From assembly GCF_050920415.1 (NCBI RefSeq), contig NZ_CP169309.1: DNA of 64,000 bases; one strand, given 5' to 3'. This stretch comes from Escherichia coli (lineage in GTDB: Bacteria > Pseudomonadota > Gammaproteobacteria > Enterobacterales > Enterobacteriaceae). Position 1 is the stretch's first letter. Every line of letters starts with the position of its first letter. Positions 30,415 to 41,135 of the stretch are shown here, in pieces. Under the pieces are notes generated by a model. It ran no database searches. It saw nothing but the letters and a program-made list of their open reading frames with translations, and had not been told where the DNA came from. The translations under genes and the position numbers were made by a program.

Positions 30415-31268
30415 GCACCATCCTGAAATGGGCGGGAAATAAAACCGCCATTATGTCCGAACTGAAAAAACACCTTCCTGCTGGCCCGCGACTGGTTGAA
30501 CCTTTCGCGGGTTCCTGTGCTGTGATGATGGAGACGGATTACCCCAGCTATCTGGTTGCGGATATTAATCCTGATTTAATCAACCTCTATAAAAAGGTTG
30601 CCGCTGATTGTGAATCGTTTATATCTCGCGCCAGAGTTTTATTTGAGATCGCAAACAGGGAGGTGGCTTATTACAACATAAGGCAGGAGTTTAATTACTC
30701 CACTGAAATTACTGATTTCATGAAAGCGGTATATTTCCTGTATCTCAATCGTCACGGTTACCGTGGTTTATGTCGCTATAACAAGAGCGGGCATTTCAAC
30801 ATTCCCTACGGTAATTATAAAAATCCGTATTTCCCTGAAAAAGAAATTCGCGCATTTGCAGAAAAAGCCCAGCGGGCAACGTTTATCTGCGCCAGCTTTG
30901 ATGAAACGCTGGCGATGTTGAAGGCGGGGGATGTGGTGTATTGCGATCCGCCGTATGACGGCACGTTTTCCGGTTATCACACTGACGGCTTCACTGAAGA
31001 TGACCAGTATCACCTGGCATCCGTTCTTGAACATCGGTCATCAGAAGGACATCCGGTCATTGTTTCTAACAGTGACACATCCCTGATCCGTTCGCTGTAT
31101 CGCAATTTTACTCACCACTACATCAAGGCAAAACGCAACATCGGTGTGGCAGCTGGCGAGGGTAAATCAGCAACAGAAATCATTGCTGTTTCCGGGCCGC
31201 GCTGCTGGGTGGGATTTGATTATTCGCGTGGCGTGGACAGTTCTGCCGTGTACGGAGTACGTGCATGA
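30411..31268 (+). CDS. dam: DNA adenine methyltransferase (Dam-type, N6-adenine)
   Basis: ORF from [38 protein letters not shown]... with catalytic DPPY motif (VYCDPPYDG); ATGA overlap with the preceding gene. Confidence 0.85.
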
Positions 31269-33679
31269 GTCATGCCGATATGAACAACTGCTGCGGCTTT
31301 AACGAGGCTACCGCAGCATTCTCATGGAACAGCCCGAAAAAGGCCATTAACCCTTATCTGGACCCGGCGGAAGTTGCGCCGGTTTCTGCGCTTTCAAACC
31401 TGATCACTCTGTACGCTGCCGATAACGAGCAGGAACAACTGCGCCGTGAGGCACTGAGTGATCAGGTCTGGGAGCGTTATTTCTTTAATGAATCCCGTGA
31501 TCCTGTCCAGCGCGAAATGGAGCAGGATAAGCTAATTAGCCGGGCAAAGCTGGCGCATGAGCAGCAGCGTTTTAATCCAGACATGGTCATTCTGGCGGAT
31601 GTCAACGCCCAGCCTTCCCATATCAGCAAGCCGCTGATGCAACGTATTAAATACTTCAGCAACCTGGGCAGGCCAAAGGCTTATTCCCGCTATTTGCGTG
31701 AGACGATTAAGCCATGCTTGGAACGACTGGAGCATGTACGCGACAGCCAGCTATCTGCATCTTTTCGTTTTATGGCAAGCCATGAAGGGCTGGACGGTCT
31801 GCTGATCCTGCCTGAAATGAGTCAGGATCAGGTGAAACGCCTGTCCACCCTTGTCGCTGCGCATATGAGCATGTGTCTTGATGCCGCTTGTGGTGATTTG
31901 TACGCCTCCGATGATGTTAAGCCGGAAGAAATCCGCAAGACATGGGAAAAGGTGGCAGCAGAAACCCTGCGACTGGATGTCATACCGCCTGCGTTTGAGC
32001 AACTCCGCCGGAAAAGAAACCGCCGCAAACCTGTGCCCTATGAACTCATTCCGGGTTCGCTGGCGCGTATGCTGTGCGCCGACTGGTGGTATCGGAAATT
32101 ATGGAAGATGCGTTGCGAATGGCGGGAAGAGCAGTTGCGTGCTGTCTGTCTGGTCAGCAAAAAAGCATCTCCCTATGTCAGCTATGAAGCCGTGATGCAT
32201 AAACGTGAGCAGCGCCGTAAGTCGCTGGAGTTTTTCCGTTCTCATGAACTGGTGAACGAAGACGGCGACACGCTGGACATGGAGGATGTGGTAAACGCCA
32301 GCAGCAGCAACCCTGCGCATCGCCGCAATGAGATGATGGCCTGTGTTAAAGGCCTGGAGCTTATCGCGGAAATACGCGGTGACTGCGCCGTTTTCTACAC
32401 CATCACCTGTCCGTCACGTTTCCATTCCACGCTAAATAACGGCAGGCCCAACCCGACCTGGACAAATGCGACGGTAAGACAAAGCAGTGATTATCTGGTT
32501 GGCATGTTTGCTGCATTTCGTAAGGCGATGCACAAAGCCGGATTGCGCTGGTATGGCGTGCGGGTGGCTGAGCCGCATCATGACGGTACAGTTCACTGGC
32601 ACCTGTTGTGTTTTATGCGCAAAAAAGATCGCCGCGCCATTACTGCTTTGTTGCGTAAGTTTGCCATTCGTGAAGACCGCGAGGAGCTGGGGAATAACAC
32701 GGGACCACGCTTTAAGTCTGAGTTGATTAACCCGCGCAAAGGAACGCCGACAAGCTACATCGCGAAATATATCAGTAAGAACATTGACGGGCGTGGTCTG
32801 GCTGGCGAGATCAGCAAGGAAACGGGTAAATCCCTGCGTGATAACGCTGAATACGTGAATGCCTGGGCGTCTCTGCATCGTGTTCAGCAATTCCGCTTCT
32901 TTGGCATTCCGGGGCGTCAGGCTTACCGTGAACTGCGATTGCTGGCTGGTCAGGCGGCAAGGCAACAGGGTGACAAAAAAGCAGGTGCGCCGGTACTGGA
33001 TAACCCGCGCCTTGATGCAATCCTGGCTGCTGCTGATGCTGGTTGTTTTGCCACCTACATCATGAAGCAGGGCGGCGTACTGGTTCCCCGTAAATATCAC
33101 CTCATCAGAACCGCTTATGAAATCAACGAAGAGCCAACCGCCTATGGCGATCACGGTATTCGTATTTATGGCATCTGGTCACCCATTGCAGAGGGCAAGA
33201 TCTGCACTCATGCAGTGAAGTGGAAAATGGTTCGTAAGGCCGTTGACATTCAGGAGGCGGCAGCCGACCAGGGCGCTTGCGCCCCTTGGACTCGTGGCAA
33301 TAACTGTCCCCTTGCTGAAAATTTGAACCAACAGGAGAAAGATAAATCAGCTGATGGGGGCCCCAGAACGGACTTTACCCGCATGGATGACAAGGAGTTG
33401 CACGATTACCTGCACAGTATGAACAAAAAGGGGCGCCGGGAACTGGCTGCAAGGTTACGTCTGGTGAAACCGAAACGGCGTAGAGACTACAAACAGCGAA
33501 TTACAGACCATCAACGACAGCAGCTCGTCTATGAACTGAAATCCAGAGGATTTGATGGCAGCGAGAAAGAGGTCGATTTACTCCTTCGCGGCGGCAGTAT
33601 TCCGTCAGGAGCAGGCCTGCGTATCTTCTATCGGAACCAGCGTTTGCAGGAAGATGATAAGTGGCGGAACCTGTATTAA
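31265..33679 (+). CDS. A: Replication initiation protein (P2 gpA-like rolling-circle endonuclease)
   Basis: 804-aa ORF in the gpA position of the early operon; size and context match P2 A / 186 A. Confidence 0.8.
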   Translation: MSHADMNNCCGFNEATAAFSWNSPKKAINPYLDPAEVAPVSALSNLITLYAADNEQEQLRREALSDQVWERYFFNESRDPVQREMEQDKLISRAKLAHEQQRFNPDMVILADVNAQPSHISKPLMQRIKYFSNLGRPKAYSRYLRETIKPCLERLEHVRDSQLSASFRFMASHEGLDGLLILPEMSQDQVKRLSTLVAAHMSMCLDAACGDLYASDDVKPEEIRKTWEKVAAETLRLDVIPPAFEQLRRKRNRRKPVPYELIPGSLARMLCADWWYRKLWKMRCEWREEQLRAVCLVSKKASPYVSYEAVMHKREQRRKSLEFFRSHELVNEDGDTLDMEDVVNASSSNPAHRRNEMMACVKGLELIAEIRGDCAVFYTITCPSRFHSTLNNGRPNPTWTNATVRQSSDYLVGMFAAFRKAMHKAGLRWYGVRVAEPHHDGTVHWHLLCFMRKKDRRAITALLRKFAIREDREELGNNTGPRFKSELINPRKGTPTSYIAKYISKNIDGRGLAGEISKETGKSLRDNAEYVNAWASLHRVQQFRFFGIPGRQAYRELRLLAGQAARQQGDKKAGAPVLDNPRLDAILAAADAGCFATYIMKQGGVLVPRKYHLIRTAYEINEEPTAYGDHGIRIYGIWSPIAEGKICTHAVKWKMVRKAVDIQEAAADQGACAPWTRGNNCPLAENLNQQEKDKSADGGPRTDFTRMDDKELHDYLHSMNKKGRRELAARLRLVKPKRRRDYKQRITDHQRQQLVYELKSRGFDGSEKEVDLLLRGGSIPSGAGLRIFYRNQRLQEDDKWRNLY

Positions 33680-33774
33680 TTACGCTGGTTAACAATTCGT
33701 GCTCTTAATAATACCAGGCATATCAGGCTGATAAGCGTAAAAAAAACGTTTTACATCAGTAAGATTATTATATA

Positions 33775-33790
33775 CTGTAAATATAAACAG
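33775..33790. promoter_or_regulatory. LexA (SOS) box CTGTAAATATAAACAG
   Basis: Perfect CTGT-N8-ACAG palindrome 44 bp upstream of the 33834 ORF. Confidence 0.65.
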
Positions 33791-33833
33791 TGGTTATACA
33801 TACAGCATTGCGTGTGGTGTCATAGGAGGAAAG

Positions 33834-34022
33834 ATGCAGGACTATTTTTTGGAGTCTTTGAAGCTCCAGCGCATTGATTTTTTTCTTAAGCTTGTAGCGG
33901 CTAGTGAGTGTAGTGATGAAGAGAAGGGGCTGGCTCTGCAGTGGGTTTCTGAATTGACTGATGAACTCATGGCAAAAATCAGAAGCCACGAATACAACCG
34001 CTCAATGGATGTCATCAGCTGA
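33834..34022 (+). CDS. Small protein in Tum-like antirepressor position (62 aa)
   Basis: First ORF downstream of the LexA box; stop overlaps the RBS of the DinI-like gene. Confidence 0.45.
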   Translation: MQDYFLESLKLQRIDFFLKLVAASECSDEEKGLALQWVSELTDELMAKIRSHEYNRSMDVIS

Positions 34023-34032
34023 GGTGACTTTT

Positions 34033-34266
34033 ATGCGCATTGAAATAATGATCGATAAAGAGCAGAAGATTAGCCAGTCTACCCTGGACGCCCTTGAATC
34101 CGAGCTTTACCGCAATCTGCGCCCCCTGTATCCCAAAACGGTAATCCGTATCCGTAAAGGTAGCTCTAACGGTGTGGAACTGACCGGACTGCAACTGGAC
34201 GAAGAAAGAAAACAAGTGATGAAAATTATGCAGAAGGTGTGGGAAGACGACAGCTGGCTGTATTGA
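34033..34266 (+). CDS. DinI-like protein (Tum C-terminal-domain-like)
   Basis: 77-aa ORF MRIEIMIDKEQKISQSTLDALESELYRNLRPLYPKTVIRIRKGSSNGVELTGL...VWEDDSWLY resembles DinI (MRIEV...WESADDWF); GAGGTG RBS. Confidence 0.7.
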   Translation: MRIEIMIDKEQKISQSTLDALESELYRNLRPLYPKTVIRIRKGSSNGVELTGLQLDEERKQVMKIMQKVWEDDSWLY

Positions 34267-34379
34267 TTTTGTCAATAGACGCTTGTTTTTACTAATCAAA
34301 AAGGGTTACATATGAGTGAGAGGCGATGTCAATCAGATATCGCCTTGTTTTTTGTCAAGAAAAGAATAATAGGCTAAAA

Positions 34380-35057
34380 ATGAAAATTAATAATGTAGCG
34401 TTACCAATATCTCTTGCTGTAATCCTAACTGGTTGCGTGCCACATGCTTCTAACCGAAATATCACTGCTATTGAAGTGGTGAAGCCTGCTATTGGGCAAA
34501 GTGCTACCGCCTACATGGGCGATCCCATTATCACATCTGCTACTGGATTTAAAACGGACGTACTAGAACTTGGTGCGGCTAATGGTGCATTGTCTTCTAT
34601 CGCTGCTGGTACATATTGCAGTGAGGGGAATGGAATTTACCGCAATTATCATAACCCTCAAGCTGTTGCGTTAAAAAATCTCTATGGGCAAATCGGTAAC
34701 TATGTTGATTATGTTAGTTACGATGCTGCAAAAAATGAGATATCACCGCCAAATGGTACTTCTTATACTGCATCAGAAATTTCTATCAAACGTGTTCCTG
34801 ATGGGCTGTGTCGAGTTAGTAACTCATTGGTTAAGACTATCGAATACAATGGAAATGCAGGCGGTGTAATGAAGTTCACCTATCGTGAATTTGCAAACGA
34901 TATGGCTCGTGCAGCATTTACAACAGATTTTTCTGTAGATTCTAAGGGAAGTGACGTTATCGCTTACAAAGGTGCCAAGTTCAAAGTGAACAAGGCTGAT
35001 AACTCGTCTATTTCTTATACAATTATTTCTGGCTTTGACAAGGCTGTCACGTTCTAG
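34380..35057 (+). CDS. Predicted lipoprotein (cargo gene between replication module and cos)
   Basis: Start at MKINNVALPISLAVILTGC... with lipobox LTGC; 225 aa; followed by a terminator. Confidence 0.65.
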   Translation: MKINNVALPISLAVILTGCVPHASNRNITAIEVVKPAIGQSATAYMGDPIITSATGFKTDVLELGAANGALSSIAAGTYCSEGNGIYRNYHNPQAVALKNLYGQIGNYVDYVSYDAAKNEISPPNGTSYTASEISIKRVPDGLCRVSNSLVKTIEYNGNAGGVMKFTYREFANDMARAAFTTDFSVDSKGSDVIAYKGAKFKVNKADNSSISYTIISGFDKAVTF

Positions 35058-35160
35058 GTTTCACGCTTACTGAGTATGTTACGATTTTGCACATTCTGCA
35101 TAAGCGCGCATGTCTATGCTGCATGAGATCGCATGATCGTTTGAGGATCTTTTGTGTTAA

Positions 35161-35186
35161 GGCCCGCCAGTTCTGGCGGGCTTTTG
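35161..35186 (+). terminator. Rho-independent terminator after lipoprotein gene
   Basis: ggcccgccagttctggcgggcttttg: stem gcccgccag/ctggcgggc plus T-run. Confidence 0.55.
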
Positions 35187-35230
35187 CGTAGATCATGCAG
35201 GTGCATGAAAACCACTACATAAAGCGGGCA

Positions 35231-35249
35231 GGCGTGGCGGGGATACGAG
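35231..35249. other. Candidate phage cos site
   Basis: GGCGTGGCGGGGATACGAG resembles my recollection of the P2/186 19-nt cohesive end (GGCG[A/T]GGCGGGGAAAGCA-); memory-based, not verified. Confidence 0.3.
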
Positions 35250-35374
35250 CGCGCGCTCATGGTTGAATTAATGAAATTATGGTGTTAAATAGGCTAGCTT
35301 TTTAAGTCGTGAATATTTGTCAACGCCAAGATTATTGGCCGTTTTTCGCCATTTTTAATGTCCGCTATTGGTCA

Positions 35375-36171
<797 letters not shown>

Positions 36172-36174
36172 AAC

Positions 36175-37338
36175 AGCTCCTCATAGGCACTCAACGGCCT
36201 GTGTTCCACCTGACTGACCTGCTGCCAGAGTGGGGCGTGATGCTCCGGCACGGTCTGCCAGCCGTATACAGCCGAACAGAGACGGTGCGATGCTACCTGT
36301 TGCTCATTACTGTAGATCCGCAGTTCATCATCCAGCGAGATCCGTATTGATACCGGCTGGCCACACAGGCTTTCCGGCACGCTGTAACGGTTCCCGCCAA
36401 CCTCGATATAGCCATCCCAGGAGACATGACGGATATCGAAGTAGCTGGTATCGAAGTCCGTACCTGGCAGCGCCTGCAGATGCACCTGTTCCTGCGTGAA
36501 GCGCTGTTCCGGTGTCTGCCTGAACTGGCGAAGTCCCGCCTGTCGGCAACGTCAGCCATCCACTGCTCCAGTAGCTGATTAACATGGGCGAAGCTGTCGA
36601 ACCGGCGGTACCGGACGAAGAAGTTTTCCTTGAGGTATTTCACCATCCGTTCCACCTTACCTTTGGTTCTGGCCCTTCGTGGACGGCAGGCCCGTGGCAG
36701 GAAGCCATAGTGATGGCCAGCAGCAGGAACCCGGAGTTGAACACCACCTTCCCGTTGTTATTTTTCAGCACTGCGGCTTTCTGGTTATCGACCAGCACGG
36801 TTTTCACGCTGCCGCCGAAGTAGCGAAAGGCGCGGACCAGTGACTCATAGGTATGTTCAGCATCCTGCTTTGGTGCCGCGAAGACATGGAAGCGACGTGA
36901 GAACCCCAGCGTATTAACCGCGAAGTTAACCCTGCATCGTTGCCCGGCAACCTCAGCCTCAACTTCTCCCCAGTCATGCTGTAGCTGGTAACCGGGCTGA
37001 GTTTCGAAGCGAACCGTTTTCTTCGATGGCCGCATCTTACGTTTGGGCTGGATGTAGTAACGCAACATGGAACGGCCACCGGTATAACCCATCGCTTTGA
37101 TTTCCGCCAGGATGACCTCGCCGTTCCAGACATTCTCAGCCAGACGCATGTCGATATAGTCCATGAACGGCTTGAGTTTGGCCATTTTGTGGCGTGTTTT
37201 TCTGGCCGGAGGTTCCGGGTATTTCAGGTACCGTCTGACAGTCCGCTCAGAGCAACCAACCTGAGTGGCAATATCAACAATATACGCACCTTGCTGGCGC
37301 ATTTGCTTTATCATGTAAAAGTCCTCTCTGCTCAGCAT
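36175..37338 (-). pseudogene. istA: IS21-family transposase IstA, frameshifted
   Basis: N-terminal 232-aa fragment (36640..37338, HTH region MIKQMRQQGAYIVDIATQVGCSERTVRRYL) followed by C-terminal pieces in other frames (36168..36655). Confidence 0.7.
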
Positions 37339-37485
37339 GAGTGTTCCCTTTGTGGTGTAGGAACCTTAAGGAAACAACATGTTGGGTGGAGCGGACAATC
37401 CAAATGGTGAATTACTGTCTTATATCATTGGCGCTGACATATTCAATTTTTCAACTCATTTTTTTCATAGGGAGGAGTAATTGAC

Positions 37486-38184
37486 ATGGTTATGTTAGTG
37501 GATGACTGTCCACGATGTGGATCACAAAAAATAGCGTTTGATGTTAATGGGCTGAATTGCACTAGGGTTTACAATGCATTGGGCGGGGGTAAAACATACG
37601 AGTACGAGGTCTATTGTGTTTGCCGAGAGTGTCATAAAACGACAATGTTTCTTTGCAGACCTTTAACGAAAAATAAAACTTTAGATGGCTATAATTGGGA
37701 AAGTGGAATATTCGGCTTAAAGGAAGTTGCAGAGGTTGTTAGGCCTATATCACCGGCAGACTTAGCAGTAGAGGAGCCACCAGAGTTCTTACCTGAGCAT
37801 ATCAATAGTGCATATGAGGAAGGGGCGAAATGTTTGGCTATAGGTTGTTATAATGCAGCAGCAACCATGTTTAGGCTTTGCCTTGATTATGCCACAAAAG
37901 GACTTCTTCCTGATGGGGAGCAAGGGCCTGCGCAAAAAATAAGGAGAAGCCTAGGGTTAAGAATGGAGTGGTTATTTGATAATCATCTACTGCCTGAAGC
38001 TTTAAGGGAACTAGCTGAATGCGTTAAAGATGACGGAAATGATGGAGCGCATGAAGGTATTTTGGATAAAGCTGCTGCTGAGGATCTTGAAGATTTTACC
38101 TATCTTTTTTTAGAACGGCTTTACACTGAACCTCAACGCCTTATCGAAGCCAAGACAAGGCGTGAACAAAGAAGAAACAAATAA
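37486..38184 (+). CDS. Hypothetical protein with N-terminal zinc-ribbon (CPRCG...CRECH) and C-terminal DUF4145-like helical domain
   Basis: 232-aa ORF with GGGAGGAG RBS; Cys4 cluster in first 50 aa; C-terminal region resembles DUF4145 (domain assignment from memory, unverified). Confidence 0.6.
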   Translation: MVMLVDDCPRCGSQKIAFDVNGLNCTRVYNALGGGKTYEYEVYCVCRECHKTTMFLCRPLTKNKTLDGYNWESGIFGLKEVAEVVRPISPADLAVEEPPEFLPEHINSAYEEGAKCLAIGCYNAAATMFRLCLDYATKGLLPDGEQGPAQKIRRSLGLRMEWLFDNHLLPEALRELAECVKDDGNDGAHEGILDKAAAEDLEDFTYLFLERLYTEPQRLIEAKTRREQRRNK

Positions 38185-38192
38185 GTTCGGAA

Positions 38193-39230
38193 TTATTCTT
38201 CTGAAAGAATATAGGGCGTAAATTTAATCACTTCTTCGCCCAGCCAGTCGTTCAGCTCTTGTAGCCTTTTTTGCAAGGGAGTTAATTCATTACGTACAAA
38301 TACGCGACTGGCCTTCTCCACATCCCCAAACCCTCCAACATTATTAGGCATAATCCCCATCATTTGCGGCGGCACGCGGTGCGCAGCCATCATGTCGTCG
38401 CGGCTGACATTTTTGATATTCAAAAACTCATCCTTCGCCGCGACTTCTGACAATGGGATGATCTGAAGCCCGTCTTTTTTGCCGTTAGGCGAGTACATAA
38501 ACAGGTTGCGGAAGTTGCCTGGACCTTTGGCGCTTTTCATCGCATTGCGGAGGTTGTTCACATCCTCCTGGTTTTGCGCGGCATCGGTCATGTACATGAT
38601 AAAGCCCGCATGACTGCCGTTAATGTAATACTTGCGACGGAACAGCGTGGCGGACTCGTTGAGCAGGGCTGACGGAATGGCAGAAAGATAACCGGGCAGG
38701 CCGTAGATCTCCTGATTAATATCCGGTTCCATCAGATGAAAAATGCTGCCTTTCGTGAACTGATACGGCTGGGTTGTCATACCGTATTGCACAAACCAGT
38801 AGGTATCCAGGTCTAACCCGCGTCGGGTGTATTTTGCCAGTGCAGGCTCAAGGGCGATAACTTCACCGAAGCGGTTCGTGCGTTTCTCCAGGTAGGCGTT
38901 ACCAAAAACCAGATAGTCCTGCACAAAACGCGAAAAAGCCTGCTGGCTGAGCAGCGGGTGAGGGATGTAGGTGCTGGTCAGAATGTTGCACTTTACTGCA
39001 ATCGGGGAACTATGATGCACGGCAGCGCGGAAGGTGCGCGCCAGTCCGTCAAAGCTGACGGGCGGCTCATACCAGCGGTCCATCTGTACGCATTCCACAT
39101 AATCCAGCAGTTCTCGGCGGTCCAGAACAGGAACGGGATCGCCGAAGCTGAATGCTTCGGCTGTAGTTTGACTTTTAAGCTGGATCTGTTTCGTCGCCGC
39201 AGCGCGGTTCTTCTTACTCTTTCCCATCAA
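38193..39230 (-). CDS. Q: Portal protein (P2 gpQ-like)
   Basis: 345-aa ORF; size and position (leftward, upstream of terminase P, divergent from scaffold O) match P2 Q. Confidence 0.85.
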   Translation of the reverse strand: MMGKSKKNRAAATKQIQLKSQTTAEAFSFGDPVPVLDRRELLDYVECVQMDRWYEPPVSFDGLARTFRAAVHHSSPIAVKCNILTSTYIPHPLLSQQAFSRFVQDYLVFGNAYLEKRTNRFGEVIALEPALAKYTRRGLDLDTYWFVQYGMTTQPYQFTKGSIFHLMEPDINQEIYGLPGYLSAIPSALLNESATLFRRKYYINGSHAGFIMYMTDAAQNQEDVNNLRNAMKSAKGPGNFRNLFMYSPNGKKDGLQIIPLSEVAAKDEFLNIKNVSRDDMMAAHRVPPQMMGIMPNNVGGFGDVEKASRVFVRNELTPLQKRLQELNDWLGEEVIKFTPYILSEE

Positions 39231-40993
39231 AAAATCTCCACAATATTGCTGGTATTGGCGGATTCGCCCTGCAGCGGTTCGTTAAACAGTGCGTGCATCG
39301 TTGCCCAGGCCAGATCGGCGTGGCTGGCTTCTTCGCTGCGGCTGGCTTCATAGGTCGGGCGGTTGCCACTGGCGGTGGTGGCGCGACGGATTGCCATAAA
39401 GGACTGCGCTATGTCGGTGTGTCCGGCGTCAAACTCCAGACGGCGGTGGCTGATAATGTCGTAGGCCTTGAGTACCAGGGCGTTTTTAACGTTGGGGTTG
39501 TAGACAAACTCCCGGACGGCAGGAAAAAACGCTTTCACGTTCTCGTAAACCCCGTGACCAACGCCGGTTGAGTCGATACCGATATAGGTCACGTTGTACT
39601 GTTCGGTCAGTTTTTTGATGGCGTCAGCCTGGGCGCGGAAGTCCATTCCGCGCCACTGGTGACGCTCAAGAATGCGGAACTTACCGCCCGGCACGGCTGG
39701 CGGCGCCACCACCACGCATCCGGCGCTGTCGCCGTTCTGCGTACCTTTCGCCGGGTCATATCCGATCCACACTTCGCGCCAGCCAAACGGGCGCAGGGCC
39801 AGTGCATGAAAGTCGGTCCAGACTTCCCAACTGTCCACCATGCACGCCTGCAGCTCGCTGAGCGGGAACACGGACGCGAGATCGTCCACGAACTCGCACA
39901 TCAGCAGGTTCTGGTATTCGTCCGGGCTGTACTCCATGCGCAACTGGTCAAGGTCGAACAGGTTACAGCCGCCGCGCACCGCATCTTCCACGGTGACTAT
40001 CTGGCGGTACTGCCCGTCTGCGCACAGCAGGCCGGGGGCCAGATTGCTGTGGGACAGGTCGATGTCCACCTTATCGGCTTTGTTGCGCCCTCGGTTGAAC
40101 AGCGCACCGGACCAGAACGGATAAGCACTGTGTGTCAGGCTGGATGGCGTGGAAAAATAGGTTTGTCGCCATTTTTTGTGAATAGCCATACCGGAAGCCA
40201 CTTTGCGCAGCTCCTGGAATTTCGGTATCCAGAAATATTCATCCAGATACAGGTTGCCGTGGTAACTCTGGGCCGTGCGGGCATTGGTGCCGAGGAAGTA
40301 AAGCGTGGCCCCGTTAGGAAGCACCATCGGATCGCCTTTCAGCTCCACCTCGACTTCTTTGGCGAAGTCGATGATGTACTGCTTAAAGACGTGGGCCTGT
40401 GCCTTACTGGCGGAAAGGAAAATCTGGTTACGTCCGGTCAGCAGGGCGTCAATCAGGGCTTCACGGGCAAAGTAAAAGGTCGCGCCGATCTGGCGAGACT
40501 TCAGCAGGTTGCGGATGCGATTGGTTTTTCCGGCTTCCCACCAGTGGCGCTGGTAGTTGAACATGGAGGAATGGAAGATTTCTTCCAGCTTCTCAATCTG
40601 TTCATCGGTGAAAACATTCTTTTCCGGCTGACGGCGCGGCCCTTTGTTGCGGTTGGCGACGTTAGGGTTTAAGTCGGCTTCGTTGCCGCCATTGTTAAAC
40701 TTGCCGATCCGCGCGTGGCGCTCCGACTGGCGCGCCAGCAGGTCAATTTCTTTGAAATCTTTCCCTTCTTTGTGCTCCTTCATAATGAGCTGGCAGTAGC
40801 GGGCGGCGGTGGTGAGCTGCATCTGATCCAGCGGCCCATAGTCACCCCACTTGTCGCGTTTTTTCCAGCTGTGAACGGTTGCAACTTTCTCGCCCAGCAT
40901 TTCAGCAATGCGGGCTACGCGGTATCCCTGAAAGTACAGCAGCATGGCCTGCCGACGGGGATCGAGATCTGCGGGTGTCAGTGTGGTGTTCAT
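39227..40993 (-). CDS. P: Terminase large (ATPase) subunit (P2 gpP-like)
   Basis: 588-aa ORF overlapping Q by 4 nt; terminase-like architecture. Confidence 0.85.
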   Translation of the reverse strand: MNTTLTPADLDPRRQAMLLYFQGYRVARIAEMLGEKVATVHSWKKRDKWGDYGPLDQMQLTTAARYCQLIMKEHKEGKDFKEIDLLARQSERHARIGKFNNGGNEADLNPNVANRNKGPRRQPEKNVFTDEQIEKLEEIFHSSMFNYQRHWWEAGKTNRIRNLLKSRQIGATFYFAREALIDALLTGRNQIFLSASKAQAHVFKQYIIDFAKEVEVELKGDPMVLPNGATLYFLGTNARTAQSYHGNLYLDEYFWIPKFQELRKVASGMAIHKKWRQTYFSTPSSLTHSAYPFWSGALFNRGRNKADKVDIDLSHSNLAPGLLCADGQYRQIVTVEDAVRGGCNLFDLDQLRMEYSPDEYQNLLMCEFVDDLASVFPLSELQACMVDSWEVWTDFHALALRPFGWREVWIGYDPAKGTQNGDSAGCVVVAPPAVPGGKFRILERHQWRGMDFRAQADAIKKLTEQYNVTYIGIDSTGVGHGVYENVKAFFPAVREFVYNPNVKNALVLKAYDIISHRRLEFDAGHTDIAQSFMAIRRATTASGNRPTYEASRSEEASHADLAWATMHALFNEPLQGESANTSNIVEIF

Positions 40994-41135
40994 GGCACAA
41001 ACCTACAGCCTTGAATGAAGGCTTTCCCCGCCTGCGGTTTGTGTGGTTGTCGGTACAAATACCGCGCATTGTTTCACTGCCCCCATCACCGCAACCATAA
41101 GGCTCCAGTAAGTTTTTTCTAACGGAGCACGGCTC

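Noticed and set aside
39659-40672. 337-aa plus-strand ORF inside terminase gene P
   Set aside because: Antisense shadow ORF; the minus-strand terminase reading frame is the conserved one.
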